From the NCBI GenBank assembly GCA_004022145.1, contig RCNU01000010.1: 64,000 nt of DNA; one strand, 5' to 3'. The notes below the pieces were generated by a model. The model saw only the letters and a program-made list of their open reading frames with translations, searched no databases and was not told where the DNA came from. Positions 12,319 through 24,400 of the stretch are shown one piece after another. Made by a program: the position numbers and the translations under genes. Origin of the DNA: Paecilomyces variotii (lineage: Eukaryota). Every line of letters begins with the position of its first letter. Positions within the stretch are counted from its first letter, which is position 1.

Positions 12319-15300
12319 ATGTCTGCCTCTGTTTTGCAAGACGGCCAATCTTCCTCATCCGCCAGTCCTTCCTCAGTGTCGACGCCATCACAGACCCAGT
12401 CACAGAATAATATTAACGTGCTTGGCAATGAGACAGAGAGGCAGAGCCTTCTGGACAATCTGGATAACTACATACCTATCGGAGTACTTAGGAGAGATAA
12501 TGGGTCAGCTCCTGGCGATGATGGATTTCCTGAGACGGAGCTGGCTAGCTTGGAGAAGCATAATTGGATACGAACTACAACGCATACGTTTAATGGCGAC
12601 ACTGATGGATACTACATACGGGTTTACGTCCTGCCAGATGATTCTGGGCGGAGGTTCGTCCCACGCTCGAGTACTGGCCTCAGGCGAGCGTTGAAGACTG
12701 TTATATCTAGAGTGGACAGCTCCTCCGACGCTTGGGAAGGGGGGATATCGAAAAATGAGACGAAGCGTCCCGACGGTGCAGAAGATGAGTCATTATGGTA
12801 CATCTTCAATACCTTAGAGGATCCTAGCCCGGATGTGGGATACGTGAGAGATCAGTATTCCCGGAGAGCAATGGAAGATTTGCTCTCAACTACGGATCCC
12901 TCTGATGGGCAGCCATATGGGTATTCTCATGTCATGGGGCTGAAGACTCCTTTACATCCGTACCAACGTCGATCAGCGGCCACCATGGTGCAACGGGAGG
13001 CGCAACCTGCGCAGACCCTGGACCCGAGATTACAGGCTTACAAATGCCCTACTGGCGGGGAGTATTACTACGACAAAGAAGAAGGGTCTATTGTCCGTGA
13101 GAGAAGACTCTACTCGGAGGCCTGTGGAGGTATTCTTGCAGAAAGTATGGGTTGTGGCAAGACACTCATTTGTCTCTCCGTCATCCTAGCAACCAGAGGA
13201 CATGTCCCTCGAATACCGACTGAGTACCAAGAGACTACAAATCCAGTTCGCCCAAAGGTCGGCTCTTTAATGGAGATGGCGGCTGCTTCTGCTGGCCGTA
13301 ATTCACTGCCGTGGAGTGCCCACTTTGACCTCCTGCGGGAGAACGGTGTGTTCTATGAGCGGTGTGTGAAAGCGTGCGAGGCCAAGCGTGGAGCCTACAC
13401 GATACCGGCGCCTACTTCGAAGTATGGAAATCGGGGGAGTGCGACTTACACAAGGCCTCCTCCTACACGTCTTACTCTCTGCTCAGGAACCCTGATTGTG
13501 GTGCCTCCTAATTTAGTGGATCATTGGGTACATGAGATCGCGACCCATACCGAGGGATTGAAAGTCTTGACTATTCGCACTGGCGCGGACAAAACGCCTC
13601 CAGCGGACAAACTCCTGAATTACGATATTATTCTGTATTCCAGGACACGTTTTGAGAGGGAGGCTGGCGAGGCAGTCAATAACCGCCGGGCACCTGCAAA
13701 GGTGGAATATAAATCGCCTCTAAAAGCGCTCCATTGGCTACGAATAATTGTCGACGAGGGACATAATGTTGCCGGCCACGGCCAGAAAAACAATATGATG
13801 CATATACTGGATCAACTACATATTGAACGGCGATGGGTTGTTTCTGGAACACCTTCGACGGGGCTGTACGGTGTCGAAATCAGTCTTGCTTCTCAGGAAT
13901 CACTAACGAGCGACACTGACCAAATCGACGGCGACAATGCGACTGCTGCTGCGCTGAAATCGCGGAAAAAGACAGGAAATGCCGTGCAAGAGGAGCTGAA
14001 AGATGTCGACAAGCTCAGGCTCATCGTTGTGGATTTCCTGAAGCTTAAGCCATGGTCAAACTCGCGAGGCGATGATCCAGCTAGCTGGACTAAATACATC
14101 AAGCCTGTCGGTGAAGATGGGAAGAGGAAGAAAGCGCCTTCTCTACGGGCTGTTCTTCAGAGTTTGGTCGTGAGACATCGACTGGATGTCATTAGCGACG
14201 AATTACCCCTTCCTCGGCTATACAACAAGGTGACTTATCTTGAGCCTACGTTCTATGATAAGTTGTCGATCAACTTATTTCTGTTCTCTTTGACCGTGAA
14301 TATTGTCACCTCGGAACGCAGGGACTTGGATTATATGTTTCATCCAAGAAACAGGAAGCATCTCAGCCAGCTGATTAGCAATCTGCGACAGGCGGGGTTC
14401 TGGTGGACTGGTTTTGAGAAGAAAGATATCGAAGCCACGCTAGAGACTGCCCTGAAGTATATGGAGAAAAATAGCGAGAAAGTGAGTGCAGAAGACGCCA
14501 ACACGCTCAATAAAGGAATCGAGATTGCTCGCAAGGCGCTCAGTTGCAAAAGCTGGAATGCTTTTAGCAATATGGATGAACTGGGAATCTTTGTCCAAGA
14601 CTTCCCAGAGCATGCCAGGGGCATGTGGGCTCTGGCCGAATCGGAAAAGGAACCTTTGCTTCTGGGGATATCGCAGGCGCGTTTAGCACAGAAATTTGTC
14701 AGTTCTCGCTTGACTGCCCCTGATCCCGGAGAGGGTCTTGCCGGTGCTGGTATCCGAGCTCGGCGTGAGATCTCTGACCGGACAGGGAAGACGAGTGCGT
14801 CGGAGCAGAAGAGCTCAAACTCTGCGGACAAACTGATTCATAAGTCAAAACCGGATCAGAAGCAGTCTCCTAAAAAGACATACTCAAAAGGACTCTATAA
14901 GGCCCTTCCACCAGAGTCCCCGCTTGCTAAGACGAAACTGGTGGGAACGACGTCTGCTAAACTGACATATCTTCTTGACCGGGTCTTGGAGCTCCATAAG
15001 ACGGAAAAGATAATCATCTTCTACGACAACAACAATACCGCATTCTGGATTGCTGAAGGATTAGAGGTTTTGGGTATCGAGTTCCGAATCTACGCCGGTA
15101 CGCTCAAGACTAGCCAGAGAACCGCGTATCTGTCACTCTTCGATGAATCTGAGGAGGTTCGTGTTCTCGTCATGGATCTACGACAGGCCTCACATGGCCT
15201 CCACATCGCCAGCGCATCCCGTGTATTTATCGTTAACCCAATCTGGAGACCCAACGTTGAAAGTCAGGCCATCAAACGAGCTCATAGGATCGGGCAGACG

Positions 15301-15921
15301 AGACCGGTGTTTGTGGAGACTCTCGTTCTCAAAGATACCTTGGAAGACAAGATGCTGAAGCGACGCAAAGAAATGTCGAACGCAGAACTCCAGCAAGCAG
15401 AGAAGGACCTACTCGATGACAGCACGATGAGTTATATTATCGAGAATGAACGGTTCATATCGATGTCTGAGGATGAGTTAGCAGCCCAGGCTGCATACCT
15501 GCAGAACCCACAGGGCTTCTTCGACCGACACAAGCTCCCTCTCCCCGATAATTACATCCTAGATACGCATGACCTAGACCAACCGGACCCGGCCACACCT
15601 AGTAAACGGAAACGTTCTCTAGAGTCGGCCAAAATTTCTAGGATCAATTTCGACATGAGCCCAGAGGCTGAACTGAGTGGAGGGAACCACAAGAGAAAGA
15701 AGGCTTCCTCGCTTGAGTTTGCACCCGAGAACGAGTCTGTGATGACGTCTGGCCCTACATATAAAGCGAGGGTATCATTGTCCGCCTCTTTCGCTGGTGT
15801 TGCTGGCGCGTCTGATGCCAGTGAACGTGTGGGCGTCGTCCCGAGTTTATTTGGAGATGGAAATCCGTCTCTTCATAATCCACCACGAGTATCGTTTGGC
15901 AACGTTACTCCCACGCCTTGA
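12319..15921 (+). CDS. SNF2-family (Rad5/16-like) helicase/ATPase, single exon
   Basis: GGILAESMGCGKT (Walker A), TLIVVP, RIIVDEGH (Walker B), SGTP and QAIKRAHRIGQ (motif VI). Confidence 0.9.
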   Translation: MSASVLQDGQSSSSASPSSVSTPSQTQSQNNINVLGNETERQSLLDNLDNYIPIGVLRRDNGSAPGDDGFPETELASLEKHNWIRTTTHTFNGDTDGYYIRVYVLPDDSGRRFVPRSSTGLRRALKTVISRVDSSSDAWEGGISKNETKRPDGAEDESLWYIFNTLEDPSPDVGYVRDQYSRRAMEDLLSTTDPSDGQPYGYSHVMGLKTPLHPYQRRSAATMVQREAQPAQTLDPRLQAYKCPTGGEYYYDKEEGSIVRERRLYSEACGGILAESMGCGKTLICLSVILATRGHVPRIPTEYQETTNPVRPKVGSLMEMAAASAGRNSLPWSAHFDLLRENGVFYERCVKACEAKRGAYTIPAPTSKYGNRGSATYTRPPPTRLTLCSGTLIVVPPNLVDHWVHEIATHTEGLKVLTIRTGADKTPPADKLLNYDIILYSRTRFEREAGEAVNNRRAPAKVEYKSPLKALHWLRIIVDEGHNVAGHGQKNNMMHILDQLHIERRWVVSGTPSTGLYGVEISLASQESLTSDTDQIDGDNATAAALKSRKKTGNAVQEELKDVDKLRLIVVDFLKLKPWSNSRGDDPASWTKYIKPVGEDGKRKKAPSLRAVLQSLVVRHRLDVISDELPLPRLYNKVTYLEPTFYDKLSINLFLFSLTVNIVTSERRDLDYMFHPRNRKHLSQLISNLRQAGFWWTGFEKKDIEATLETALKYMEKNSEKVSAEDANTLNKGIEIARKALSCKSWNAFSNMDELGIFVQDFPEHARGMWALAESEKEPLLLGISQARLAQKFVSSRLTAPDPGEGLAGAGIRARREISDRTGKTSASEQKSSNSADKLIHKSKPDQKQSPKKTYSKGLYKALPPESPLAKTKLVGTTSAKLTYLLDRVLELHKTEKIIIFYDNNNTAFWIAEGLEVLGIEFRIYAGTLKTSQRTAYLSLFDESEEVRVLVMDLRQASHGLHIASASRVFIVNPIWRPNVESQAIKRAHRIGQTRPVFVETLVLKDTLEDKMLKRRKEMSNAELQQAEKDLLDDSTMSYIIENERFISMSEDELAAQAAYLQNPQGFFDRHKLPLPDNYILDTHDLDQPDPATPSKRKRSLESAKISRINFDMSPEAELSGGNHKRKKASSLEFAPENESVMTSGPTYKARVSLSASFAGVAGASDASERVGVVPSLFGDGNPSLHNPPRVSFGNVTPTP

Positions 15922-16107
15922 AATCGGCTTTTCCTATCTTCGTGCCTTACGTGCTACTGTACACTCAAGGCTTTTGTAATATTGTGAATATTTTGGGATG
16001 CTTTCATGTACAGGGAAATAATGCGGAGTATATTGTTGCGGTTGGGTTGGGTGTTGATCGGGGAATAATAACAGACGATATACCCCTGAACCTACTTCAA
16101 TAGTTTT

Positions 16108-16251
16108 AACTCACACCAAAGCCTGGGCTCATGCTAAACCTTGGGCTAATACCGGAGGTTCAGCTTTTGCTAGAGTTGGGGCTCATGCCAAAGGTTGGGT
16201 TCACGCCGTAGGTTTAGCGTACACCGAAGTTTTGGCTCAAGCTGGACTTGA
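16108..16251. repeat. Degenerate 18-bp tandem repeat, 8 units
   Basis: Units aactcacaccaaagcctg/ggctcatgctaaaccttg/ggctaataccggaggttc/agcttttgctagagttgg/ggctcatgccaaaggttg/ggttcacgccgtaggttt/agcgtacaccgaagtttt/ggctcaagctggacttga, with no indels between units. Confidence 0.75.
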
Positions 16252-17418
16252 CCATTTGAGATCTGCTAATCGGCGTAGAGCATTTCGCCGGCATGGAGCT
16301 TATTGCAGCCTGTTAGTAAGATCCCGTAAGCCAGAATGAGCTGGATGTATGATGAGGTAGGAGGTAGAAGACAGATTGGAACATAAGCCAGGAGTTAGGA
16401 TCCAATTTTTATGACGATACGTGGTCTGTTTGAAGAGACCTATGGCGGCGGGTATAGATCTGTATCTATCTTGTGTAAGTTGTCTGAGCCTGTTTGCTCT
16501 AGGGCACAGCCTGCCACAAAGCTCCTTTGCTCTATGGCAACCCTGCGTTGGAGCGACTATCACAATAGAGCATACTTTCTCTACAGCTGCTTTTTTGCTC
16601 TATAGCAAATTTGGCCCTGGCAGCTCTCCTGCTTCACTGCGGATCCTGCGCCAGGGCACATCTGCCTTGTGGACACCCTGCCCTGTAGCAGAGCCCCCAT
16701 AGAGAGAGAGTACCTGTGAGGAAGCATGCTACACGCTATGGCATGCTTTGTCACCATCGCCAATCCCAGCTCTTGCTCTTTGCAAGGACCTAGTAAACTT
16801 TGAAATTGGCCAACTTTGAAGGCTGTCTAGGAGGATGAAAAAGGCTAGTCCATCCAAAAACGACCAGCCCGTGTGAAAACAGCTGTTATTAAACACCTCA
16901 AGAATATCATACAATACACTGCCCTTACAAAATACATCACGTGGGTCAATCTTGCCTGCTGGAAATATATCCATGATACAGATTTTAACACAGCATTATG
17001 CTTATTGCTACAGACTAGATAATTTGATCTATTTCCGATCGGTATCTCCCATAGCATAATAATGGGACAAGCATAGAAAAGGGAAAATCATAAAACCGCG
17101 GTGATTACAGCAACGGGGAAAATTGAAGAAGCATAGAACCCATAGAAATGGAGAAGACGCGAAAGAAGACAGCAGATAATAACATGCATGAGATACCTAT
17201 TACCCTCTCTTTTATACCTTCAATGATCACGGGATACGAACTAACCATAATTATTCGGGTTCACAGCTCTCGCAGCCTCGGCGAGAAACGACTTCAGGTA
17301 TCGGAAGCCAGTATCATCCAGGGCTATTTCCCAACCCCACTTTATCAATATCTCTTTGCATCCCTCAATTTGATGACCACCCACCCTCTTAGCATCTGTT
17401 ACCAGAATTTAAGTTCCT

Positions 17419-18381
17419 ATGAGTTCAACCTCTACAAGTAAGATAGGAGGCCGTTTACGGCTTTCCCTCTCGCGTCTTCCGTCCGAAAAAGAAGTCTACT
17501 TCCGGGAGTCTTCATTCATTGTTCAGTATGGAATCGAGAAACTCCCGTCCCCGGCGAAGATCCGATCACTGCAGAAGGTATCCGGCTCGGGAGATCCTCC
17601 TCCAATACGATTTCCAGAAATAGGACTCCTTGTGAAATATGGCCACGGTATTAGCATTGCGGAAGGCCAGTGTCTATGGGCGATACAACAGTTCCTTCGA
17701 AACAATGTTCCGGTCCCCGAGATATATGGGTGGAGAGAGGATGGGGATGAGACATTTATTTATATGGAATTGATTGATGGTGACACGCTGCAAGAGCGAT
17801 GGACTTCACTGTCAAGTGTTGACCGAGTGCGGTTATGTGAAGAACTTCGCGAGATAATCATGTCTTTACGTCGACTTGAGCAGTCGCCGGGTGAAAAGTT
17901 TATTGGTATGTATCGCCAGGTGGTCATATTATCTTCCAAATCAGTCGTTGAAACTTTCTCCAGGACGGGTGGGTGGCCAGCCACTCTCTGACGTGACCTT
18001 TTCCGGCGTTGAGGCCGGTCCTTTCCCGGCAGTAAAGGATTTAATGACTGGTTCTCTGCATTACCGAAGCAAGGATTCACTAATGCCACTTTTGATGATC
18101 CTTTTCGTTCGGGTCTTGCGGATGATGTACCAGTATGCTTTACGCATGGTGATCTTCACCCCACCAACATCCTGATTACCTCCAGCGGGACACCTCATAT
18201 TTTGGCCCTCGTGGATTTTCATCAATCCGGCTGGTTACCAGCCTACTGGGAATACTGCAAGGCTCTCTTGACTTGTCGTGTTGGAGATGAGTGGGAGACA
18301 CTCTATATTCCTATGTTTCTGGAACCATACCCGGAATGTTTCAAGGCTTACTCTTTCTACGCTGGTGCTCTTGGTTGCTAA
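17419..18381 (+). pseudogene. Aminoglycoside-phosphotransferase (APH/choline kinase-like) family gene with a 1-nt frameshift
   Basis: LLVKYG...EGQCL...VPVPEIYGW...IYMELIDG, then intron 17906-17963. After restoring one base at ~18041 the frame gives FNDWFS...FTHGDLHPTNILI...LVDFHQSGWLPAYWEYCKA...*. Could be an assembly indel. Confidence 0.8.
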
Positions 18382-18462
18382 AGGAGAGAAACAGATAAAT
18401 TGATATATTGTTCTCTATACACTGCTCGACCGGCTTAAGCTATCTATCTGTCCGTTACCACT

Positions 18463-18952
18463 TTAGACCTTCGGGGCACGGTTCAGCTCAACGATTGCCG
18501 ACTGTGGCAAGAGTCCCTCGTCTACTAACTTTTCGACATAGTCCTGAAGCCAGTATTGACAGTTCTTGCCCTAGAATTGGTCGGTTCACTATCTTCTGTT
18601 CATCGTACCGTACCAGCCTTACCGCATTGGGGTCCAATGGTGATGGGCTGACTCCCGGGGGTTGGACCAATTTGGCCCGCGCCTCCAAGGTATCGTGATC
18701 TTGGGTGTCTCTATCACATCCTGAATGTGGTTGTTGCTCACTTAACCGAGAGGGATTTTCTGGAAAGGTCGGTTTGTCTTCGTGGTGTCATAGTTGCGTT
18801 TGAATTCGAGTTTGTATCCGGTGAATAGAGATCCGACAACATGGATAACTTTGCCTTTCACCGCACTAGGTATTGGCTTCTGGAATGAATATAGACCAAT
18901 GCGCTGCTGTGTTGCGCTTGGGAAGACGAGAGAGAAAGATTTCACGAGACAT
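18463..18952 (-). pseudogene. Small fungal protein (DUF6540-like) pseudogene
   Basis: MSREIFLSR...AAHWSIFIP / GKVIHVVGSLFTGYKLEFKRNYD / LEARAKLVQPPG...intron 18571-18622...KNCQYWLQDYVEKLVDEGLL...APKV*. Frameshift at ~18868, stop at 18742-18744, second frameshift at ~18700. The family name is from recall. Confidence 0.65.
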
Positions 18953-19628
18953 GATTATAATTCGAGTGGGGTTAACAAGATATGTTGATGGAATGGTACT
19001 GTTGTTCTTTTCTCTGAGGGGATTTACTGTGCTTTATATCTTTATAGCAAAGGACATCTCAACCATGCGATGAGAGATACTACACCAAAGTAAATATTTA
19101 GTCCTGGAAGGACGCCGGTGTTCATTTGTGGCTTTTCCGATCGGAATTCGAGCATGACCAGCATATCTGTTGTATTGCAGTGTTCATTATGTCTATCCAG
19201 CATCCAACAAATCCAGTCTCTTTCCATCCAGCTAGTTAGGGACGATGTTCGTTGTTTTTCGTATCGAATTAAATAATCACATATAGTAGCGATGATGTAG
19301 TTTGTTTTCTTGCCGCCCCGCATTCTCTCCATCTTCAACGACTCTCCTCCCCGCGCCCAAAAGACTTCCAGACTGCCTGCTGGATAGATATACTCTCAGC
19401 CAGCAGCTTAAGCTATCAGTTACCATTTGATACTCTGAATTCCTCACCTTTCTATTTCATTCCATTCGATTAACTCCGCACAATAATGCTATGAAAGCTA
19501 TCTATCTACCCCACTTCGTCATTAACGCGCGGGACCTTGCCGTTACTTAGCTGAGTCTCGACTGGAGCTTTTATACTCGACGAACAAATATTCATTCAGA
19601 TCGCATCGCAGAAAAAAGCCTGACCTCC

Positions 19629-20826
19629 ATGACAATGTCGGAGGAAACGGAGAATCAGCCGGAAACCATCATCGTCGGCCTCTCTGGCCCGTCATCGAGC
19701 GGCAAGACGACTTTAGCGAGATTACTCAGGACAGCTTTCTCCGTGCATGGAATGAAGACGTTTATTATCCATGAGGATGATTTCTATCTACCTGATGATC
19801 GGTGAGCTTGCCTCTTCTTCACAGTTGGTATAACAGTTGCATGGAGAACCTTCGCTTCGGGTGGTAATACCTACGTATCATACCTAGCTAGCTAGACAAG
19901 GCGCTCATTTCACTAATAACTGACAACTGTAAAAAAACTATTCCAGAATCCCGTACACCACTACACCCTCTGGAAAAGTCGTCCAAGACTGGGACACAGT
20001 CGAGGCTATCAACGTCCCTCTCCTAGCCTCAACTCTCGCGTACGTGCGACGACACGGCGCGCTCCCACCAGAACTACCAAGCAAAGAAGACCAGAACGAC
20101 GCGACGCATTCGGGGGTTGACGATGCGACATTGGAGAAAATTCATACGGAGATAGAGCGGAAATTAGACGGGTTGGTTGGAGTGGGAAGCGGTTCGGGAA
20201 AAGGGAATGGGAAATTAACCATTGCGTTCTTGGAAGGGTTCTTGCTCTTTGCGCCGCCGAAGTCTGAACAGCCAGATCATATTCTGAGGGTTATTCATGA
20301 GAATATTCACTTGCACCTGTTCCTGCCTGCGCCATATGATATCGTCAAGTCGAGGAGGGAGAAACGTTCCGGATATGTGACGAGTGGACCGGCGCCGCCG
20401 CCGGTTAGTCAGGATCAAATTCGAGAACAGGATAGTGAGAAGAAACAAACTAGCAAGGCACAGTCAAAGGAAGAAGCAGATCAGAGGAACCACGAGACTG
20501 ACGTCCGCGACATGGAAACTCCCGAGCAACATCAGCCGCCGCAGAACTTCTGGACTGACCCCCCGGGCTACGTGGATGATATTGTCTGGCCGCGCTATGT
20601 CCGGGATCACGCTTGGTTACTCCTTCCAGAGCCTGGGAAGGAGGGCGAGGTCGGATCGGACGAGACAGAGACGAAAATAAAGAGGATCGGAAATGGTGCG
20701 AATGTCAGGACAGATGCAGGTGTAGCGGTCGCCCCTGGGAACGGGACGTGGCCTATGTCGCAGGTGCTGGAGTGGGCTGTTGATAAAGTATCCAAGTTTC
20801 TGGAGGAGAAGCAAGGACGGGCGTGA
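19629..20826 (+). CDS. NRK1: Nicotinamide riboside kinase (NRK1)/uridine kinase-like P-loop kinase
   Basis: IIVGLSGPSSSGKTT, IIHEDDFY, QDWD, LEGFLL, RREKRSGY and FWTDPPGYVDDIVWPRY. Intron 19802-19946. Confidence 0.85.
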
Positions 20827-20849
20827 GCAGTAGTACTGAAGGTAGACCT

Positions 20850-20930
20850 TTTTCTTCTTTTTTTTTCCTTCTTAGTTTTCTTTTTCTTTTTCTTTTTATT
20901 TATTTATTTATTTATTTATTTTTTTTTTTT
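20850..20930. repeat. T-rich low-complexity tract with a (TTTA)n microsatellite
   Basis: Directly visible downstream of the NRK1-like stop codon. Confidence 0.85.
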
Positions 20931-21441
20931 GAGAGGTTGACCGTCAGGAGCGTGGTGTGGTGTCTGCTATGTATATAATGCTCAGTCTTGGATGCGTATA
21001 TAATATTAGATAGACCGCGAGGATGAGGCTAATTCCATAAATAGAACACTGGCGTTATATAGATAGGGGAATCAGTGGTTGTCGTATATTTTAATGGGCA
21101 ATTGTTCGATGACGCTGAGATCCCCTTAGACCATATCCTACATGCGAGCAGTACCTGTTACAACGCACTGAAATGACGCGTGAAAAGAAAAAAATCCTTT
21201 TTGAATTCCGAAAAGTGCTAAGCGCGCCACAGTACATGCAACATTTTGGTAAATCGTAAATACATACACCCCATATCTATTTTTGACAGGCTCTTCTTTT
21301 TATGTATGTCTCGTTTTGATAATCACCCTTGAAAGAAACAAAGGCCCCCTCTTCTGTATAGTTCATCCATCTAGAGCGTAGGATCGAGAAAGGAAAGTCC
21401 TCTATATAAACACGAAAGCCATGTTTATGTACGTTAGCTGC

Positions 21442-24400
21442 TTATGCAGCTCCTCCACGACCACCAACGTTCGATAGAGCCTTCCTCTGGTCCTCGCTGA
21501 TTTGGGCAGCAGGGAGGGGCCTGGTGGCCTTGTCGGTGGCAGCTGGCTTGGGAAGGAAGCCGATGGAGATGAGGTAGGATAGGTAAAGACCCATCAGGTC
21601 TTCAGTGACGCCGCGGCCATCGGAGGCGTCAACTCCGGACCAAGCCGCATCGGCACGTAGAGCCGCAGCGGCATTAGTATCATCAAGCTCTGGTGCCTTA
21701 GTGTTGGAGGGGAGGTCCGCAGTGACGAAGTGGTAAAGAGGCATCCTGAAAAAGAGCATTAGTTTGACATTTCTCGTCAACAGGCATGGTATCAACCTAC
21801 AGTGCGTGCTGTGAATCCTTATCATCGTGCTGGCCGTCGTTGACATACTGCTCAAGCGACCTGGACCAGGGAACGTAGTCAACCTGAGGAACGTCATAGC
21901 CGTACGCCTGGAGAGTCCCCAGGAACTGGTTGAAACGCAGTCGAGGGTGACCGGTAACTTGGGCGACTCCTAAAGGAGTGGTAGGAGGATGGAAGGCAGA
22001 GGAGATGACGACACGAGCAACATGGTCGACGGGAACCATGTTCACGGTGTTGTTAATGTTGGGGCGTGCCGAAAGCTGGATACAACCCTTGATCATTCGG
22101 ATAAGGAAATCATCGGTGTTTGTTGCTGTAAGCAGATTTGGTCAGCGGCGCACTTTGGTAGAAAGGAGAAACGATGAACTACTTACTTCCAGTGAGAGAA
22201 TCACCCAAGATATATCCAGGTCGGACAATGGTTCCGCGGAGACCTCTGCGGCCAGCTTCCTTGACAAGGTATTCTCCTGCCCACTTGCTTTGACCGTAAC
22301 CAGTACCCAGACCGGCACTGCTACCTTCAAGATCGTCAGCCTCGCTGATACCAGCTCCTCCAGCAGTAACAATGTGCTCCGATTCTTGAACATAGTGGTC
22401 GTTATCTAGGACACTCGTGGAGCTGACAAAGGAAAACTGCTTGGGCTTGCCGACGGCGCAAAGCTTCAGGGCCTCGATGGTTCCGAGCACGTTGGCGGGC
22501 CTGAGGTTCGCATACGGATACACCCAGTGCACAAGGGCTCCATTGTGAATGACAACGTCTACGCGACGAGACAAATCATCCCACTGTTGCTCTGAGAGAC
22601 CCAGTCTGGGCTCTGCAAGGTTGCCAGTCACGCAGCGGATTCTACCAACCCAGGACTCCTCCCAGAAACCGTAAGCTCTAGTTGTAGCCCTGATCCTGTC
22701 GAGAGCTTGCTCCTCACTCTTAGCTCGAACATGGACAACGACGTTGACCACAGGGCCCTTGCGTGAGAGCAAGTCGCGGAGGATGTATGCACCCAGGAAA
22801 CCGGTAGCTCCAGTGAGGAAAACAGTCGTGCCCTCATAGACAGCTGGCTCTGTACGCGTAGGGAAAGAGGACGGCAAGGATTCAACGAGCTTCCTGGCGT
22901 CCTTGGAATACTCATTATCTGGCTGGCCAGCACCGGACGACACAGCATCAGAGGTGCCTTCACCCTGTTCGCCGCTGGTCAGAGAGTCCTGATCCAACAC
23001 GCGATCAATCTCAGCGGCGAATCCCTTGAGAGTAGGGCTGCGGAAGATGGCGTTCATGCTGATATTGATACCTCTCCACTTGCGTCGGATATCGAAGAAC
23101 ATCTGCTGAGCGAGAATACTGTGGCCGCCAAGGTCGAAGAAGGAATCCTCCAACCCAATCATCTTAGCCGTGATATTTGGGATCAGCTTAGCCCAGATCT
23201 GAGCCAAAGCCTGCTCAGTCTCTGAGTACGTCTGAAGAGTAGAGGACTTGCGGCGAGGAGCAGCGGCGCTAAGCTCGGCTGTATCTGGGAACGGCAACGC
23301 TGGCTTATCGATCTTGCCATTGGGATTCAGAGGCATTCTCTTGAGCGGGATGAACACACTTGGCACAGCATAAGCGGGGAGTTTGCTGCGGAGATGTTCC
23401 CTAGCATCGTCACGCAGAGGTCTAAATCGCCTGAGCATGCCAACCATTCCCTCAGCAGAATCATCGTCCTCTAAGCCTTTACTTTTTAACCAGTCTGCCC
23501 ACTTGTTCATGTCCGGAACAATGTAGCTGACAAGAGTCGGTTCCTCAAACTTGTCTCGTCGCACCAGAGTGACGTTCTCACGCACTAATGGGTGTCGGGA
23601 AAGATGGGTATCGATTTCACCAAGCTCAATACGGAATCCACGGATCTTGACTTGGTCGTCTGCACGTCCAGAGCATTCAACGTCACCCGTGGGGGTGTAT
23701 CTACCCAGATCACCGCTGCGATACAGACGGTCTCTTGGGCCCAGGTAGAACTGTCGCCAAGGCTCGTCCTTGGGTCCGGGTTCAGACTTCTCCTTCTCAG
23801 CCCAGACTTGCGCATCAACGAACCAGTTCGTGAGAAACTTCTTCTCATTCAGCTCCGGGTTGGCTAAGTACCCTTCGGCCAGACCTCCTGCGCGAACGTA
23901 GATCTCGCCGACTTCGCCGATAGCGCAGATCTTGGTGGGATCGAAGCGGTTCACGACCAGCAGCTGGACGTCCTTCATTCCGCGACCAGCAGGGATAACA
24001 TCCTTCATAGTGTCGAGGTATCCTTCATTGCTGGAATAGCTAGGGATCTCGTAGTAGCTGACAGCCCGCTGAGTCTCAGTAGTACCGTACATGTTTACTA
24101 TGTTGACATTGGGGGCGAGCGTCTGCAAAGACCGACAGTCTCTCTTGATAAGGATGTCTCCGACGAAGAAGGCGTGGTGCAACGCGGGGAACTGAGCCGT
24201 AGCACCTCCGACAAGAATCTGACCCATTGCAGGAGTCAGATGAGTGACCGTGGCACCAAACCCGCGCATCCATTCCGCAAGTTTCTCGTTCTGGATATCT
24301 TCTCGCGATGGTACCAACAACTGAGCTCCCAGGAACAACGGGGTAAAGATATCTCTCTGAATGGGGTCGTGGGCGATACCACTGAGCATGGTGAACTTGT

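Noticed and set aside
17032-19144. TTTCCGATCGG present on both sides of the first APH/DUF6540-like pair
   Set aside because: Only 11 bp, mostly a palindrome, and the flanks do not align; not comparable to the 63-bp repeats.
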